The notes below the pieces were generated by a model. The model did not search any database. It was given only the letters and a program-made list of their open reading frames with translations, and was not told where the DNA came from. From the human T2T-CHM13v2.0 reference genome, Homo sapiens: 64,000 bases of DNA. Position numbers and translations under genes: made by a program. The stretch is taken from NCBI RefSeq assembly GCF_009914755.1, contig NC_060942.1; one strand, written 5' to 3'. This document shows positions 21,699-35,159 of this stretch, piece after piece (within the stretch, counting starts at the first letter, position 1; the number at the start of each line of letters is the position of its first letter).

Positions 21699-21740
<42 letters not shown>
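21699..21740. repeat. (GT)n microsatellite, about 21 units
   Basis: Perfect GT run preceded by RY-alternating low-complexity sequence. Confidence 0.97.
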
Positions 21741-21742
<2 letters not shown>

Positions 21743-22378
21743 CTGTATATGCAAATGAAAATGGAATGTTGTTTAGGGGACGAGGAGACCGGCAGTGGGA
21801 GCATGCAGAACTTCATTGAACAGCTGGGCCTGAAGGTTCTGGATAGGAGAAGCGGGTGGAGGATGGTTATTCTAGGCAGGCAGTTGTGGTGCAAAGAAGG
21901 GCCTAGCAGGTTTGTGGGACAGTGAGGAGACAAACCTGACTAGAGTTGAGTTGGAGTCTAGCAAATAAGATTGGCAGAGTGGCCTAGGGAGGGGGATAAG
22001 GAACCAGATTACAGAGATCCGTGACATCCAGACAGAGGACCTGAGGTTTGATGGAATAGGATATGGTGTTTTCAGATACTGGGCAATGGAGTGAGGTTGG
22101 TTTGACAATGTGGAGTGGAGGTTGCCACTGGTAGAGGAGAGGCTAGGTGCCGGGTAGAAGTAGGTATGGAGTGATGATGCGATCTAAGGAAGGGGGAAGA
22201 GAAACAAAGAGAGACACCCCTCTACTCTATGATCCTTGTAGTCAGTAGGCCCCAGATGGCAACTCAGCCTTCCCTATTTCTGTAGTGCTAAATGGCGGTG
22301 GTGGTCTGATGTCAGCAAAGAAATACCCCCACCCTTCCTATAGACAGACACCTCAGTGTCATCCAGGACAGAACTAAA

Positions 22379-22723
22379 CAGCCACACATCACTTAATGAT
22401 GGGAATATTTTCTGAGAAATGCATCCTCAGGCAATTTCGCAGTTGTAAGGACTTCAGAGTGTACTTACACAAACTTAGACTGTGTCGCCTACCACATACT
22501 TAGGCTACATAGTGTAGCCTATTGCTCCTAGGCTACAAGCCTGTACAGCGTGATACTGTGCTGAATACTGTAAGCAACTGTCACACAATAGTAAGTATCT
22601 GTGTGTCTAAACATATCCAAACATGGAAAAGCTACAGTAAAAATACAGTATTATAATCTATGGGACCACTCTGCCATATATGTAGTCCCTTATTGACAAT
22701 TTCATTGTGCGGTGCATGTCTGT
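22379..22723 (-). mobile_element. Tigger3a (MER7A), opposite orientation to the 9.3 kb copy
   Basis: 'ttctgagaaatgcatc...gcctattgctcctaggctacaagcctgtacagc...aaaatacagtattataatc'. Confidence 0.85.
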
Positions 22724-22787
22724 ACTTGTAAAACAAAAAGGGGTCGGGATAGCTAAGGATTTGGTTAGATGATCAGTAGGTGATCCA

Positions 22788-23081
22788 TTTGTATTTTATT
22801 TTATTTAGAGATGGGGTCACACTCTATCACCCAGACTGATCTTAGCTCACTGCAGTCTTGAACTCCTGGGGTCAAGTGATCTTCCCACCTAAGCCTCCCA
22901 AGTAACTGGGACTGCAGGCACACATCACCACGCCCCATTCTTTTTATTTTTCTTCTTCTTTGTAGACTTGGTGTTTCACTTTGTTTCCCAGGCTGGTCTT
23001 GTACTTCTGGCCTCAAGCCATCCTCCCTCATCGGCCTCCTAAAGTGCTGGGATTACAAGCATGAGTCACTGTGCTTGGCCA
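22788..23081 (-). mobile_element. AluJ
   Basis: Reverse dimer with (TTTTA)n tail. Confidence 0.88.
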
Positions 23082-23124
23082 GATAACTGTTTTTGGATGT
23101 TAGTTAGATGCATGGAGAATACTA

Positions 23125-23330
23125 GCAGAGTTGAGAAGGCATAGGTTCAAACCCCAGCTCCGCCACTTACTAGTGTGCATCATTGGGAGCATTACTTCAC
23201 CTCTCTGCATCGCAGTTCACTCATTCACAAAATGGTGGAAATCAAGACCTCCTCCAAGGAAGAGTGTGAACTTTGCATGAGAAAAGGTGAACGAACCAAA
23301 CACCTCATAGGTGGCACTCAACACATTTTA
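23125..23330 (+). mobile_element. MIR SINE
   Basis: 'ggttcaaaccccagctccgccacttactag...cttcacctctctgc'. Confidence 0.78.
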
Positions 23331-23354
23331 GGTTCCCTTCTCTAGTGCCCATTG

Positions 23355-23850
23355 CTGTGTTTTGGTGGTCCAGCGTCCATTCCTGTCTACACACTGTCCT
23401 TGTGCTTTACTGCGTCTGGCTCCACCGCCAGCTCTAGGGCTGCTGTGTAACCCAGACCTAAGCAATCAGCACACTACATTCTCCTGGCTCAAGGTTAAGT
23501 ACATGACCCAATTCAAACCCAGGAAAATTAGGCCCAAGATTTTTTTTTTGTTCAAACTGTTGGAAGAAAATAGGCTACTTTTGCAGCAGGCAGGAATCTG
23601 GAATGCCATTGGCCTGAAGGTACTGTCAGTCATCACACCACCACATTCAATTCAAGAATGAAGCTATCAGGGAGGCGAACAGAATGGAAAGATGCAAAAA
23701 TCCATTTATTAATGACACACTGGATACAGCTATCCCCTGTAGGCAGAACTGCCCCTGGACTTCTATAATGCAGCCAATAAATTCCTTTTTTAAAGTAAGC
23801 TTCAGTTGGGTTTTTCTGGCACTTGCAACTCAATGAGCCTTAACTGATAT
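23355..23850 (+). mobile_element. Old MLT1 (J/K/L-like) LTR
   Basis: 3' end 'gccaataaattcctttt...ttgggtttttctggcacttgcaac...taactgata'. Confidence 0.6.
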
Positions 23851-24938
23851 ATCTTCTTTCCCATCCACTGCCTTAGATCACTGCAATTTAAGTTCTCCAT
23901 GGAAAAAGACAAGGAGTTTTTCTATATCCTCCGTCTTCCCAGCAATAGAGCAACACATAGAACAGCTTGCCAGATTGCTCTGACTTACCTTCTCAAATGA
24001 GCACCTCTAGATCACACTGGAAGCAAGTCCACCTAGAGTCAAAAATAACCACCTGCTTTTCTCTTTATCATGTTGGAAGGGGTAGGCATATTTCTCATGC
24101 TTTTCTCATCACGTTTCTTTGTTGCCTCTCTCCCACACTGGTTTCCCCATCAGGGAAGGTCCCCATATGGACAGACTGATTCTAGCATCGTCCTTTCCCT
24201 TTGCAGTCTTTTCGTACTGCCATCTATGGCCTCAGTTGCAACTGCCATACGTTTCCTCTCCTCCTCCATATTTCAGGGCCGGAAGACGCTTGTTAAACAT
24301 TTGCTCCCAACACCTACCAGTGGATCTTCTTTTATTAAGGAGGGAGCTCTGTGTGGTGGTGAGATGGTTTAAGTCAACCTTGAATTTATAAATAGCTAAC
24401 ACTCCAATTGGTTGTGAGCCTGGCAGAACGGGTAACATATGCGTGCCCCCATTTGAGTGGGCCCAGCTTATGTTATGTTGAGCAATTTTTTTCTAGAAAG
24501 GAATAAAAATTAAATTATGACAAAATGCCTTAATTCCCTATTATTCATCTCAGGTTCCAATTTTTAATCAGACACTCCATTACTTTAATCCAAATCCCCA
24601 TGATTTGAAGACAAATAGCAATTCTCCATTGAAAGGAGCTGCAAAACACACGTGTATGCCCTAAAATTTGTTACAATATATTAAAATTGTAGTTTGGGTT
24701 TGTGTTTCCCCTAAAACCCTGAAATAAAAACAAAATGACAACACATAAAGCAAAATGAGCCCTCAAGAACTGAAAAAATTTTAATCAAATTTATTTTCCC
24801 TTTACCTTCTTTAAAAATATTACAAATCCTTTTGAAAGTCCAGCCAAGCTTACTCTAATCTCTGATAATTAGGAACAGAAAGAGACTGAACAAATAAGAT
24901 TCACCAATCCACCTCACCTTATCTGTTAATTTTAACCT

Positions 24939-24939
24939 C

Positions 24940-24987
<48 letters not shown>
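24939..24987. repeat. Compound (CT)n(CA)n microsatellite
   Basis: Directly visible. Confidence 0.96.
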
Positions 24988-24992
<5 letters not shown>

Positions 24993-25029
24993 TATAACTC
25001 CTAGAAGTAGCCAAATTGACTGACATTGG

Positions 25030-25301
25030 GTTTGTTTGCTTGTTTGTTTGTTGAGACACGGTCTCGCTCTGTCACCCAGGCTGAAATACAGTTGCGTGAT
25101 CTCGGCTCACTGCAACCTCTGCCTCCCAGGTTGAAGCAATTCTCATGCCTCAGCCTCTGAGTAGCTGGGACTACAGGCAAGCGCCATCCCGCCCAGATGA
25201 TTTTTTTGTATTTTTAGTAGAGATGGGGTTTCGCCATGTTGGCCAGGCTGGTCTCCAACTCCTGACCTCAAGTGATCCACCCGCCTTGGCCTCCCAAAGT
25301 G
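25030..25301 (-). mobile_element. AluS lacking about 40 nt of its 5' end
   Basis: Ends at 'cctcccaaagtg'; TSD-like tgactgacattg / tgactgatattg. Confidence 0.92.
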
Positions 25302-26869
25302 TGACTGATATTGTTTCCCCGCCTCTCTCCACTCCCAGCCCTTTCAGATCACACGGAAGCAATAGCATGAGAGAAGCAAAGAAAGAATGAAGGCTCTGTG
25401 GACACAGGCCTGGATAACTTGCTGAGTCTCCAAGCTGAAAAATTGATTCCCGGACAGATGACCTAGCTGAACGGAATATTGATAAACTCAAAGAATATAC
25501 AAACAGACCTAAAGGAAGCCACCAGCAAGCCAAAAGCTTCTATGCCAACAGGAGGGAAATTCACCACTGAAAAGAGAAATTTCCTCTTTTTAATTTCTTT
25601 TAACAATTGCTCTACCTCATACTCGCAGAACCCTTTATACTTATCAAAGTGCTTTTATAACTACCTGAAAGTTAGCTATTCCTGTGATCATGAAATGCTC
25701 AATGCCCGGAGTACCCAGAGAGTTAGTGGCTACGCTGAGCCAAGTGCCTGACTGCACAAGACAGTTCCAGTGGATGCTCTCCATGATCCTGCTGTCCCTA
25801 TAAAACATCAGCATTCTTTGCAGGGATTCTGTCTTGGGTGGTGTGCTCCAGCCATTCAAATATCTCTCTTTCACAACAATCCTCAAATTTGATGAGAATG
25901 ACAAAACGGAGGAACAGCTCCTAGAGAGAACACTGGCTCCGGAGTCAGGGCACCCAGGTCAGTCACGGGGCTGCAGGGCTGGTGAGCATCCCCACCTTCT
26001 CTTTGCTTTTCTTTGCTCAACCTTAAAATCAGGATTCTACTCTCTCTTCACTAATCTCATTAGAATGAACTGAGGACAAAGGACACAACGTCAGGAAGCA
26101 TTCCTAAGGCCATTCTTTGATGATTATTACATTTATGGTTTAGCACCTGCAGATTCAAACCAAAGTACAGTCTTTATATGCAAGAGCATAAAAATAAAGT
26201 TCAAACATAGGTTCACAGTATTACCACTAGTGAAAAAAAAACCCGTGGGTCCTTCAGTTCTCAAGACAAAGCCATATTTTTGGTTCATACATTTAAATGC
26301 TAAAATCTATCAATGTTCCAGCAGACAACATATCATCTAATTATTCTTAACCGGACTTATGTTTACTTCTGTTCTCATTACTAATCATTTGCTTAATTAA
26401 GGTTCTTACCTCAGAGGTTCTTAGAACAAATGCAAAATTTGTGAAATTGAGATAGATTCAGGAGCTATAATCACTCTTCAGTGTATATGGCCAAGTAAAA
26501 GACCAAGTAATGAAACAGATCCTCAAACAATTAGGCTTAAATGTAGTCATATGTTTTTAAAAAGTCGTTTGTACTGGGATGCAAATTGTGTGTATGCCAG
26601 GTTGTAAACTTTAGGGATATCCATTCTTTGACCATAGAAAAAAATTTAAAAAATTAAGATATCAAATCGAAGCTACTTTAAATTCATTTGAGAAATAGGC
26701 TATACATAAATGCATAGAATATACATAGTATATCAAAACTAATTCCCTCCTAGACTTGCCTATTTCTGTCAGTTCTTTATTTACAACTGTTTCTGACTCT
26801 GCAATCTGCTTATCTCTCCCTCGGCCCCCACCTCCAGGTTTTTGTGCCTTCACCTCTGTGGGTGTGCCA

Positions 26870-27090
26870 TGGTGCCTAATAGCATGGATTCTGGAAACAA
26901 ATTGCATGAATTCGGATTTCAGTTCTATTACGGTGTAACCTTGATCAAGTTACATAACCTTTCCTAGTCTCCATTTCTTGATCATCAGGTGGAGACAACA
27001 GCAGTATCTATCCTATAGGATCTTTGCAAATGAATGTAGTGTGCATTACAGTACCTGATACAGAGAAGGGATCCACAAACTACAATTGTG
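26870..27090 (+). mobile_element. MIR SINE
   Basis: 'gtgtaaccttgatcaagttacataacct...cagtacctgatacagag'. Confidence 0.7.
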
Positions 27091-27196
27091 GTGGTTCATA
27101 TTTGGACTCCTCCCTGGCCTTTGTCTCTTCAGTCTGTCTCTTCCAATCCCTATGGGGCATTTTTGCCAGACTCTCCCCCTTAAAAAATCGATGTGT

Positions 27197-27513
27197 GTTT
27201 TGTTTTGTTTGGTTTGGTGTTTGTTTGTTTTGAGATGGAGTCTCACTCTGTTGCCCAGGCTGGAGTGCAGTGGTGTGATCTCAGCTCACTGGAACTTCTT
27301 CCCCCTGGGGTTCAAGCAATTCTCCTGCCTCAGCCTTCTGAGTAGATGGGATTACAGGCACCCGCCACCACACCCAGCTAATCTTTGTATTTTTAGTAGA
27401 GATGAGGTTTCACCATGTTGGCCAGGCTGGTCTCGAACTCCTGACCTCAAATGATCTGCCTTCCTTGGCCTCCCAAAGTGCTGGGATTACAGGCGCGAGC
27501 CACATGTGCAGCC
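27197..27513 (-). mobile_element. AluSx-like
   Basis: Full reverse dimer with (TTTG)-type tail. Confidence 0.93.
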
Positions 27514-28097
27514 CAAAATCCATGTTTCTGAACCCACTGAGCAGTTGGCAGCAGAGACAAGAGTGCACATGAACCATCTCATCTCCCCAGAGACATAGGC
27601 AATGAATCATCAAGGACCTCAAGCTGCCAAAGAACACTGAAGCCTTGGCGGTCAAGGAAGAGCTGACCCCAGCCCTCTCAACCCCACGCTCACCTCTGCC
27701 CTGTGCTTTCCTGGCCCCAGCTCAGGTCCTTGGACCAGGGCTAACCCTCTTAATTGGCTTCCCAGCAATTGGCCTAGCCTATCACACCGCTGTATTAACT
27801 TGTTCTTAATAGAAACAAGCCCCTAAATAGTCATTTTAGAATTGGATTAGAAAACATGGGCCACTCTAATCAGAACTCTAAACCCAGGGCATATTACAAC
27901 CCCTTCCTGCAGGGGATTTCTTTTATTTAACTCTATCTATGCTTCTAAAATAAGCCATTTCTCCCGAAAGACAGTATCATAGATCAAAAGAGCCAAATGC
28001 ATGCTAGAGATCTCCTCTGGCCTTCTGTTTTTAGAGATGAGGTGACTTGTGCTACAATAAGTTCGTGATTCTCTTGCAGTCATGGTAACTGGGCCAG

Positions 28098-28497
28098 TTT
28101 ATTAGTCCGTTTTCACACTGCTGATGAAGACATACCCAAGACTGGTTAATGGACTCACCATTCCACGTGGCTGGAGGTTAATGAGCTCATATAGTTAATG
28201 GACTCACAGAGGTTAACGGACTCACAGTTCCACATTGCTGGGGAGGCCTCACAATCATGGTGGAAGGTGAAAGGCGCATCTTACATGGTGGCAGGCAAGA
28301 GAGAGAATGACTATGAAGTGAAAAGGGTTTCCCCTTATAAAACCATCAGATCTCATGAGACTACCACGAGAACAGTATGGGGGAAACTGCCCCTGTGATT
28401 CAATTATCTCCCACCAGTTCCCTCCCACAACATGTGAAAATTATGGGAGCTACAATTCAAGATGAGATTTGGGTGGGGACATGGCCAAACCGTATCA
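28098..28497 (-). mobile_element. THE1B/C solo LTR
   Basis: 'ttattagtccgttttcacactgctgat...gagatttgggtggggaca...aaaccgtatca'; perfect 5-bp TSD gccag (28093-97 / 28498-502). Confidence 0.92.
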
Positions 28498-28597
28498 GCC
28501 AGGAAAAGTCCATCTTGATTGTCGTACACACATAAACAGGTATTTTCCATGTTGGTTAAGCCCAGGAAGGGGTGTCTTATATGAAATTTTGCATTGC

Positions 28598-28922
28598 TTT
28601 TATTTTATTTTATTTTATTTTATTTAGAGACAAGATCTTGCTCTTTTGCCCGGCTGGAGTGCAGTAAAATGATCATAGAGCACTGCAGCGTTGACCTCCC
28701 AGGCTCAGGCATCACCTCAGCCTCCCAAGCAGCTGGGACCCCAGGCGCACATCACCATGCCTGGCTAATTTTTTTTTTCTTTTTTTTTTTTTTTTTTAGA
28801 GATTTAGAGATAAGGTCTCCCTATGTTGCCCAGGCTGGTCGTAAACTCCTGGGCTCAAGTGATTCTCCCACCTCCGCTTCCCAAAGTGCTACGATTACAG
28901 GCATGAACCACCACACCTGGCC
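28598..28922 (-). mobile_element. AluJ
   Basis: Reverse dimer with expanded middle T-tract. Confidence 0.9.
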
Positions 28923-29454
28923 TCATTACTTTTATAGAACAGTAATTATAGACTGAAATTCCATGTGTATCTCTTAGTCCTCTCTTCTGTTTTGTTGTTG
29001 TTTTTAAATAGGCTTACAGGGTCTAGCAAAGATTCCAAAGATATACTCACTGGTTATTGTAGTATTTTTTCTATCATTGCTATTTTTTTATTCTTAAAGT
29101 TATAAGAATTATTTTGCCTTATAAATATACATATATATATTTTGACACAGAAAGATATTGACACTATAGTGCTGAGTGAAGAGTTTACAAAATAATTTAT
29201 AGTTTGATCTCATATTCGTTTGTTTTTGCATATTACAAAATCTAGGAGATTAGTAATCAGAATTTCAACAGTAGTTATTTCTAGGAGGGTAAAGATTACT
29301 GGGCTTTTTTTCTTTTCTTCTAATAAGTTTACATTTGTTCAATTAGCTATATAATTAAATACATTTACTTATAATTTAAACTTTCAGTAAAGTTTAAAAT
29401 ATAAACTTTACTGAAAGCATGTTTATACCACTCGTTAATCTTGTTAATCTTTTA

Positions 29455-29652
29455 TCTATTTTTTTAATTGACAAAGAAAAAATTGTAAATATTTATGATC
29501 TACAACATGATGTTTTGATATATGTATACATTACATGATGATTAAATCAAGTTAATTAACATATCCATCACCTCACATACATATCACTTTTTGTAATGAG
29601 AACATTTAAAATCTACTCTCTGGGCAATTTTCAAGTATACAATACATTAATC
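29455..29652 (-). mobile_element. L1MA 3' end fragment
   Basis: 'tacaacatgatgttttgatatatgtataca...aacatatccatcacctcacata...aaaatctactctc'. Confidence 0.8.
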
Positions 29653-30000
29653 TCTTTTTGAAGTCAGTTTGGAAGTGTGAGTTTCACCAACCACACAGAA
29701 GACCTCTGGAAGCCCAGTGATGTTAAAGTTAATAAAACCCTGTCGCTGAGAACAACACCTTATTTCCAGTTCCTTAAAATGGAACTTGGTAATGCATTTG
29801 TCTGACTTAATTACTTCATGCTTTCTGCCTGTAGGCAGTTACCTGCAATTCTTTTCTCTGAAGAAGCAAAATATTTTCTAACTATAATTGGCAGTGATTA
29901 CTCACTCACCCTGCAAGCTTTGGCCTCCCCTACTCTCTGCTGCTGCACTTGGCCCCAGCAGAATTGATCACTCTCCTGTAGCCCTGGCTTCAAAACTCTA

Positions 30001-30380
<380 letters not shown>

Positions 30381-30859
30381 GCCCCTTGAGGGCAAGACCT
30401 GGTCCCTTGGGTGGACTCTCTTTGCATCCTCCCATCCAAAAGAATGTGTGGCCATGGCATGGGCTCCATATCTGTTGGCTAAATGAATGACCTGGATTAA
30501 TGAATCATTCCAGCAGACCTTTCTCAACCACCCAGAGCAACCCTAGGTACAGGTGAGTGGCATTTAAGGGCAGGGAGGCTTAGACTCAAAGGATTAGAAT
30601 CAAAAATAATTAAAATTGATCTTCAAAATCCCTAAATCTCCCATGAAGTTTAGTAAACATGAGTGTGAATAAAACCCAAGTTTATAATACAAGGGTATAA
30701 ATTTATAAGCTATATAATAACATAGACTATATGATAGGAAACATATGAAAATATAGTTCCCCAGCATATGTAAGAGAGAACACAGACCATGCATGGTTTG
30801 ACTTGTGAAAGTGAAATCTGACTTTACTGCTTGAATCCCTGTGCCCTTTTAGCACATTG

Positions 30860-31230
30860 AGCCAGCTTCTATTACGGCACATGTCACACCGTTTTACAAC
30901 TGTTTGTCTACAGGTCTGTCACCCCCATGTGATTTAGTGAAAGAACCTCGTTTTCCTTTTTGTCCTCAAGAGCTTAGCACAGTGCCTACCACAGCTTAAT
31001 AACAAAACCTAAAGTTTATTGAGTGCTTAATGTGTGTCAGACACTGTACTAGGTGTTTCTATGTCCTTTATCTCATGCTGTACTTCAACAAGCCCAAGAG
31101 GATTATTATCTTAATTTTACCGAGATTTTAATTAACTTGCTTAAGGCAACCCACGTAATCTAGGAAAAGCCAAGATTCAAACACAAGTTTCATTGAATAT
31201 CCAAATCCCATTCATGACCATTGTAGTATT
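30860..31230. mobile_element. L2 3' fragment followed by a reverse MIR
   Basis: 'agcttagcacagtgcct' (L2 end) and 'tttattgagtgcttaatgtgtgtcagacactgtactagg' (MIR). Confidence 0.6.
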
Positions 31231-32139
31231 CTGTCTCTCCATTATAAAGAATTTGATTTAATGCACATTTAATGAGCATTTACTGATTCATAACTACTTA
31301 ACAGAGAAGCTAGGAGTGGGGACATAGCTACGAAAATTAATAACAAAGGTGATCAATTTGACTAGAGTAAGAAGACATTATTAAGTCCAATCATAAATAG
31401 GAATAATGGCAGAAAATATAACTCAGTGAGAAGACAGACAACTTTAAAAAACTGATTGCTCACAATCCTTCAGTAACACATCCACTACTTGAAGTGGGTA
31501 TTGTTTATATAGGAACAGCAGTTATTGTATGAAAAGCACAAAGTTAAAGATATAAAAATTACTAAGGTATATTGGGAGTGGCTGAGTGGTATAAGCACAT
31601 TTGTTGTCATACCATCATAGGAAAATGGTAGGTAGCATCAATCAAGATAGAGAAGAAAGGATCAAGAAATGTTATTAACGCATTTCATTTTCAGGCAGGA
31701 AAGGACCCAGCCAGGAATTGGAAGTCAGAACCCTAGGGCCCTTTCTGCTTCAAACAAAGCTAGCTCTATGACCTTGGGCACATCTCTGAAGCTCAGGTTA
31801 CCCATCTGTGAAGTCGGGATAAATTAAAAGGCGCAGGGATTTTTGTTGACAGCCATATGCTTCCTTTCTCATGTGCATCTCAAATGGTCCTATCACAGGA
31901 AGCATGGTCCACATCAGAGCACAGTGGAAGGCCGCTGAGCTCCCATGGCCACAGCTCATCTGCATGAAATAGATGCAGGTGTAATTGAGTTTCCTTGGAA
32001 CAGAGCATTGGCTAGCTGGCTGGCTGGCACGCTTGCTATGATGACTCAGATGCAAAGCATGGTGTGTTGCATGGGCGAGCCAAGGTGAGGACCCTTTAAA
32101 ACAAGCGTTTATAGGCTGCATGTGCATTTTCCCCATTTG

Positions 32140-32216
32140 TTAATATTAATTTATATATTATATATAAATTATATAAAATATATATATTACATATATATAT
32201 ACACACACACACACAT
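32140..32216. repeat. (TA)n/(CA)n low-complexity repeat
   Basis: Directly visible. Confidence 0.9.
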
Positions 32217-33829
32217 AATACCCCTCAGTGCTCTGGCATAAGCAAAATTTTCAGCTTCATGTATTTCGTGCTTTGTGCTTGGGTGAATTTGCTAAACATA
32301 GAAAATGTTCAAAAATAACTTCTGGATCCACTTGAAAGACACTAGAGGTTTGTACTTGGACAGCCAGAACAGTGACTAGAATACAGAAACCTGCTAAGGG
32401 AATCAGGTTGAGGAGCAGCCGCAAGAGGGAAGAAAATCGTCAATTCTGGGGTCAGACCAAGGCTGGAAACCCAGTGTATGGGTGTCTCTTTGTTTCTGTC
32501 CTTCTCCCACCTGCAGCCTCTGTATTCGGTATTTGACTACTAGACTCCTTCTCAGCATGGCAGGAAGGAGGAAAAGAAAGAAATTGAAAACCACATTGAT
32601 CAGTGTTGCTTCTCGTCGGCAGTTGTGAGAAAACATTTTAGAGGAAAAAAAGAAGCTGAAAGCTGTAAATATGTAAGGATTTGCAGATGGTTGAAGAATT
32701 TCATTACCTATGCTGTGTTCTTGACCCTATCAGCCCAATCTTGCAGAACAGTAACAGAGACATCAAGATTCATGTCCTCCAACATAAGTGGAGTTTGCTA
32801 GATGTGTGTTGGTTTAATGCCACTTCTTTAAGGCAGCCTATAAGACAGTTCTGGAAAATGGCAGGTATTTGAAAACATATGAACAGTCTAGAATGTTTGT
32901 GGATCCGAGGCACAATGGAGTGAAATGATTTAAACTAGGAATTCTACAGATATTCTCCTGGCTGGTAACTAGACTCAATTCCAGGTCTGTGGATTTGTCA
33001 ATCATTCATCTATTCTGCCCCATCATTTTTTATCAAGCAAGGACATTGTGCCAGGCAGCATGCTGGTGCCACACCATGCTTTCTGTACCCATCTAGTCAG
33101 AGTCATACCTCACCCGCTAGAGAAGAGCAGAGCAGCATGAAATGATGAGTCTTCCTCTAAATGCAAGCAGGGGCAGGTGACTCTGTTTGCCAAAGCCAAA
33201 ACGTAAGACAAGAAAACTGGATGCCAGCATCTGGGATTCAAAAGGGCGTCTGGATTAGTGGAATGAGCGCTAACCTGAGAACAGCTCTTCACCACCAATT
33301 CACTGTAGCTTTGAGTAAGTTAGCTCACTTTTCTGCCTTAGCTTCTTCATGTGTAAAATCAGAAGGTTCCTTTTACATATTTCATTTTTACTGAATATTT
33401 ACCTAGCGTGTACTAAGAACAAAGTTCTGTGTTAGTTGGTGACAGAGATTCTAGAAAATGTATGTGAAAGCACTCAGAAGAGTATACAAAGGAACTATCA
33501 TTATTGTTAACTATTTTGACAGTTAATGTTTCCAGAATGTTCTATGGAATCTGAAGACATTAGGAATAGACTACAGGAAATGGCAGGGAGAAACGTATTA
33601 CCTGATCAGAGAATCGGGAAAAAACATGGGGAATTTTACTGGTGATGAGCAGAGAAGACATGCTGGATAAGCTGTCTCAGTTCAGACACACAGATCAAAG
33701 AAACGGAGAAGAAGATAAAGTTCAGAGACTGGTAAAGGGAAGAAAAAGAGAACCTCAGTTCTCTTTCAACAAAAGAGCTTCAGGCAGTTCAACACGGCCC
33801 TGCAATTTCATAAAACCTGCTTAGAGCTG

Positions 33830-33965
33830 TGGAACTTGAGTTATCAAATAGTCCAACGCCTTACTTACTAGGTGAGGAAACTGAGGACCAGAAAGAGGAA
33901 GTGCTGCCCCAGGGGATCAGTGGCAGAGCCCAGCCTAGGAGTCAATCACATTTCCTGACTCACAG
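33830..33965 (-). mobile_element. MIR3/MIR fragment
   Basis: 'ggtgaggaaactgaggaccagaaagagg...tggcagagcc'. Confidence 0.7.
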
Positions 33966-34579
33966 GCATCTTCTCCCTAGCCTGCAATAAAAGCTTTTGG
34001 AGAGTTGATTATCATTCTATTATACATTGCTGAGCTAGGATCATTGCCTAACCCAAGGAGGCAGTTATCTTTAAGTTTAAGAGAGAGAAGAAATTCTAAA
34101 AACTATGAGCACAGCCACACAAATCATACAGGAGAGGACTACAGAAAATTTGAAATCATTGAGGCCTCTAAAAAAATCACTCAGATGAAAAACAGGAGGT
34201 TAATAGGAAGCTTTTTGGCAGCAGGAAAGAAAAACTGGTATTCTTTCTGCTTATATGTCACTGTTGCAATTTAAAAAAAAAAATTAAGATGATGCTAAAA
34301 GGCTGGAATTTGGATTTTCTAATCATCCATCAATTATTCATAATGCACCTTGAGTAAATTCTGGTAACAAAAATAGAAACTGGAGAAAGAGGGAAGATGC
34401 TCAAATGCTCCAAGGTAAACTGAAAGACAACTCCAGTACCATTGTGAAAATGAGGTGATGGCATGCCAGCCTTGGTAATCACTCTCCCGCCCTCCTGACT
34501 GCTGGCCTGATTAGTAGAAAGAGGGCAGACCCTTGCCCTCTTCTTTGAGCATCCCAGGAAGGGCTGTCAGGTCCACAGG

Positions 34580-35159
<580 letters not shown>

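Noticed and set aside
32403-33824. Short ORFs in non-repeat sequence (77 aa minus, 60 aa plus)
   Set aside because: No recognisable protein and no convincing paired splice sites.
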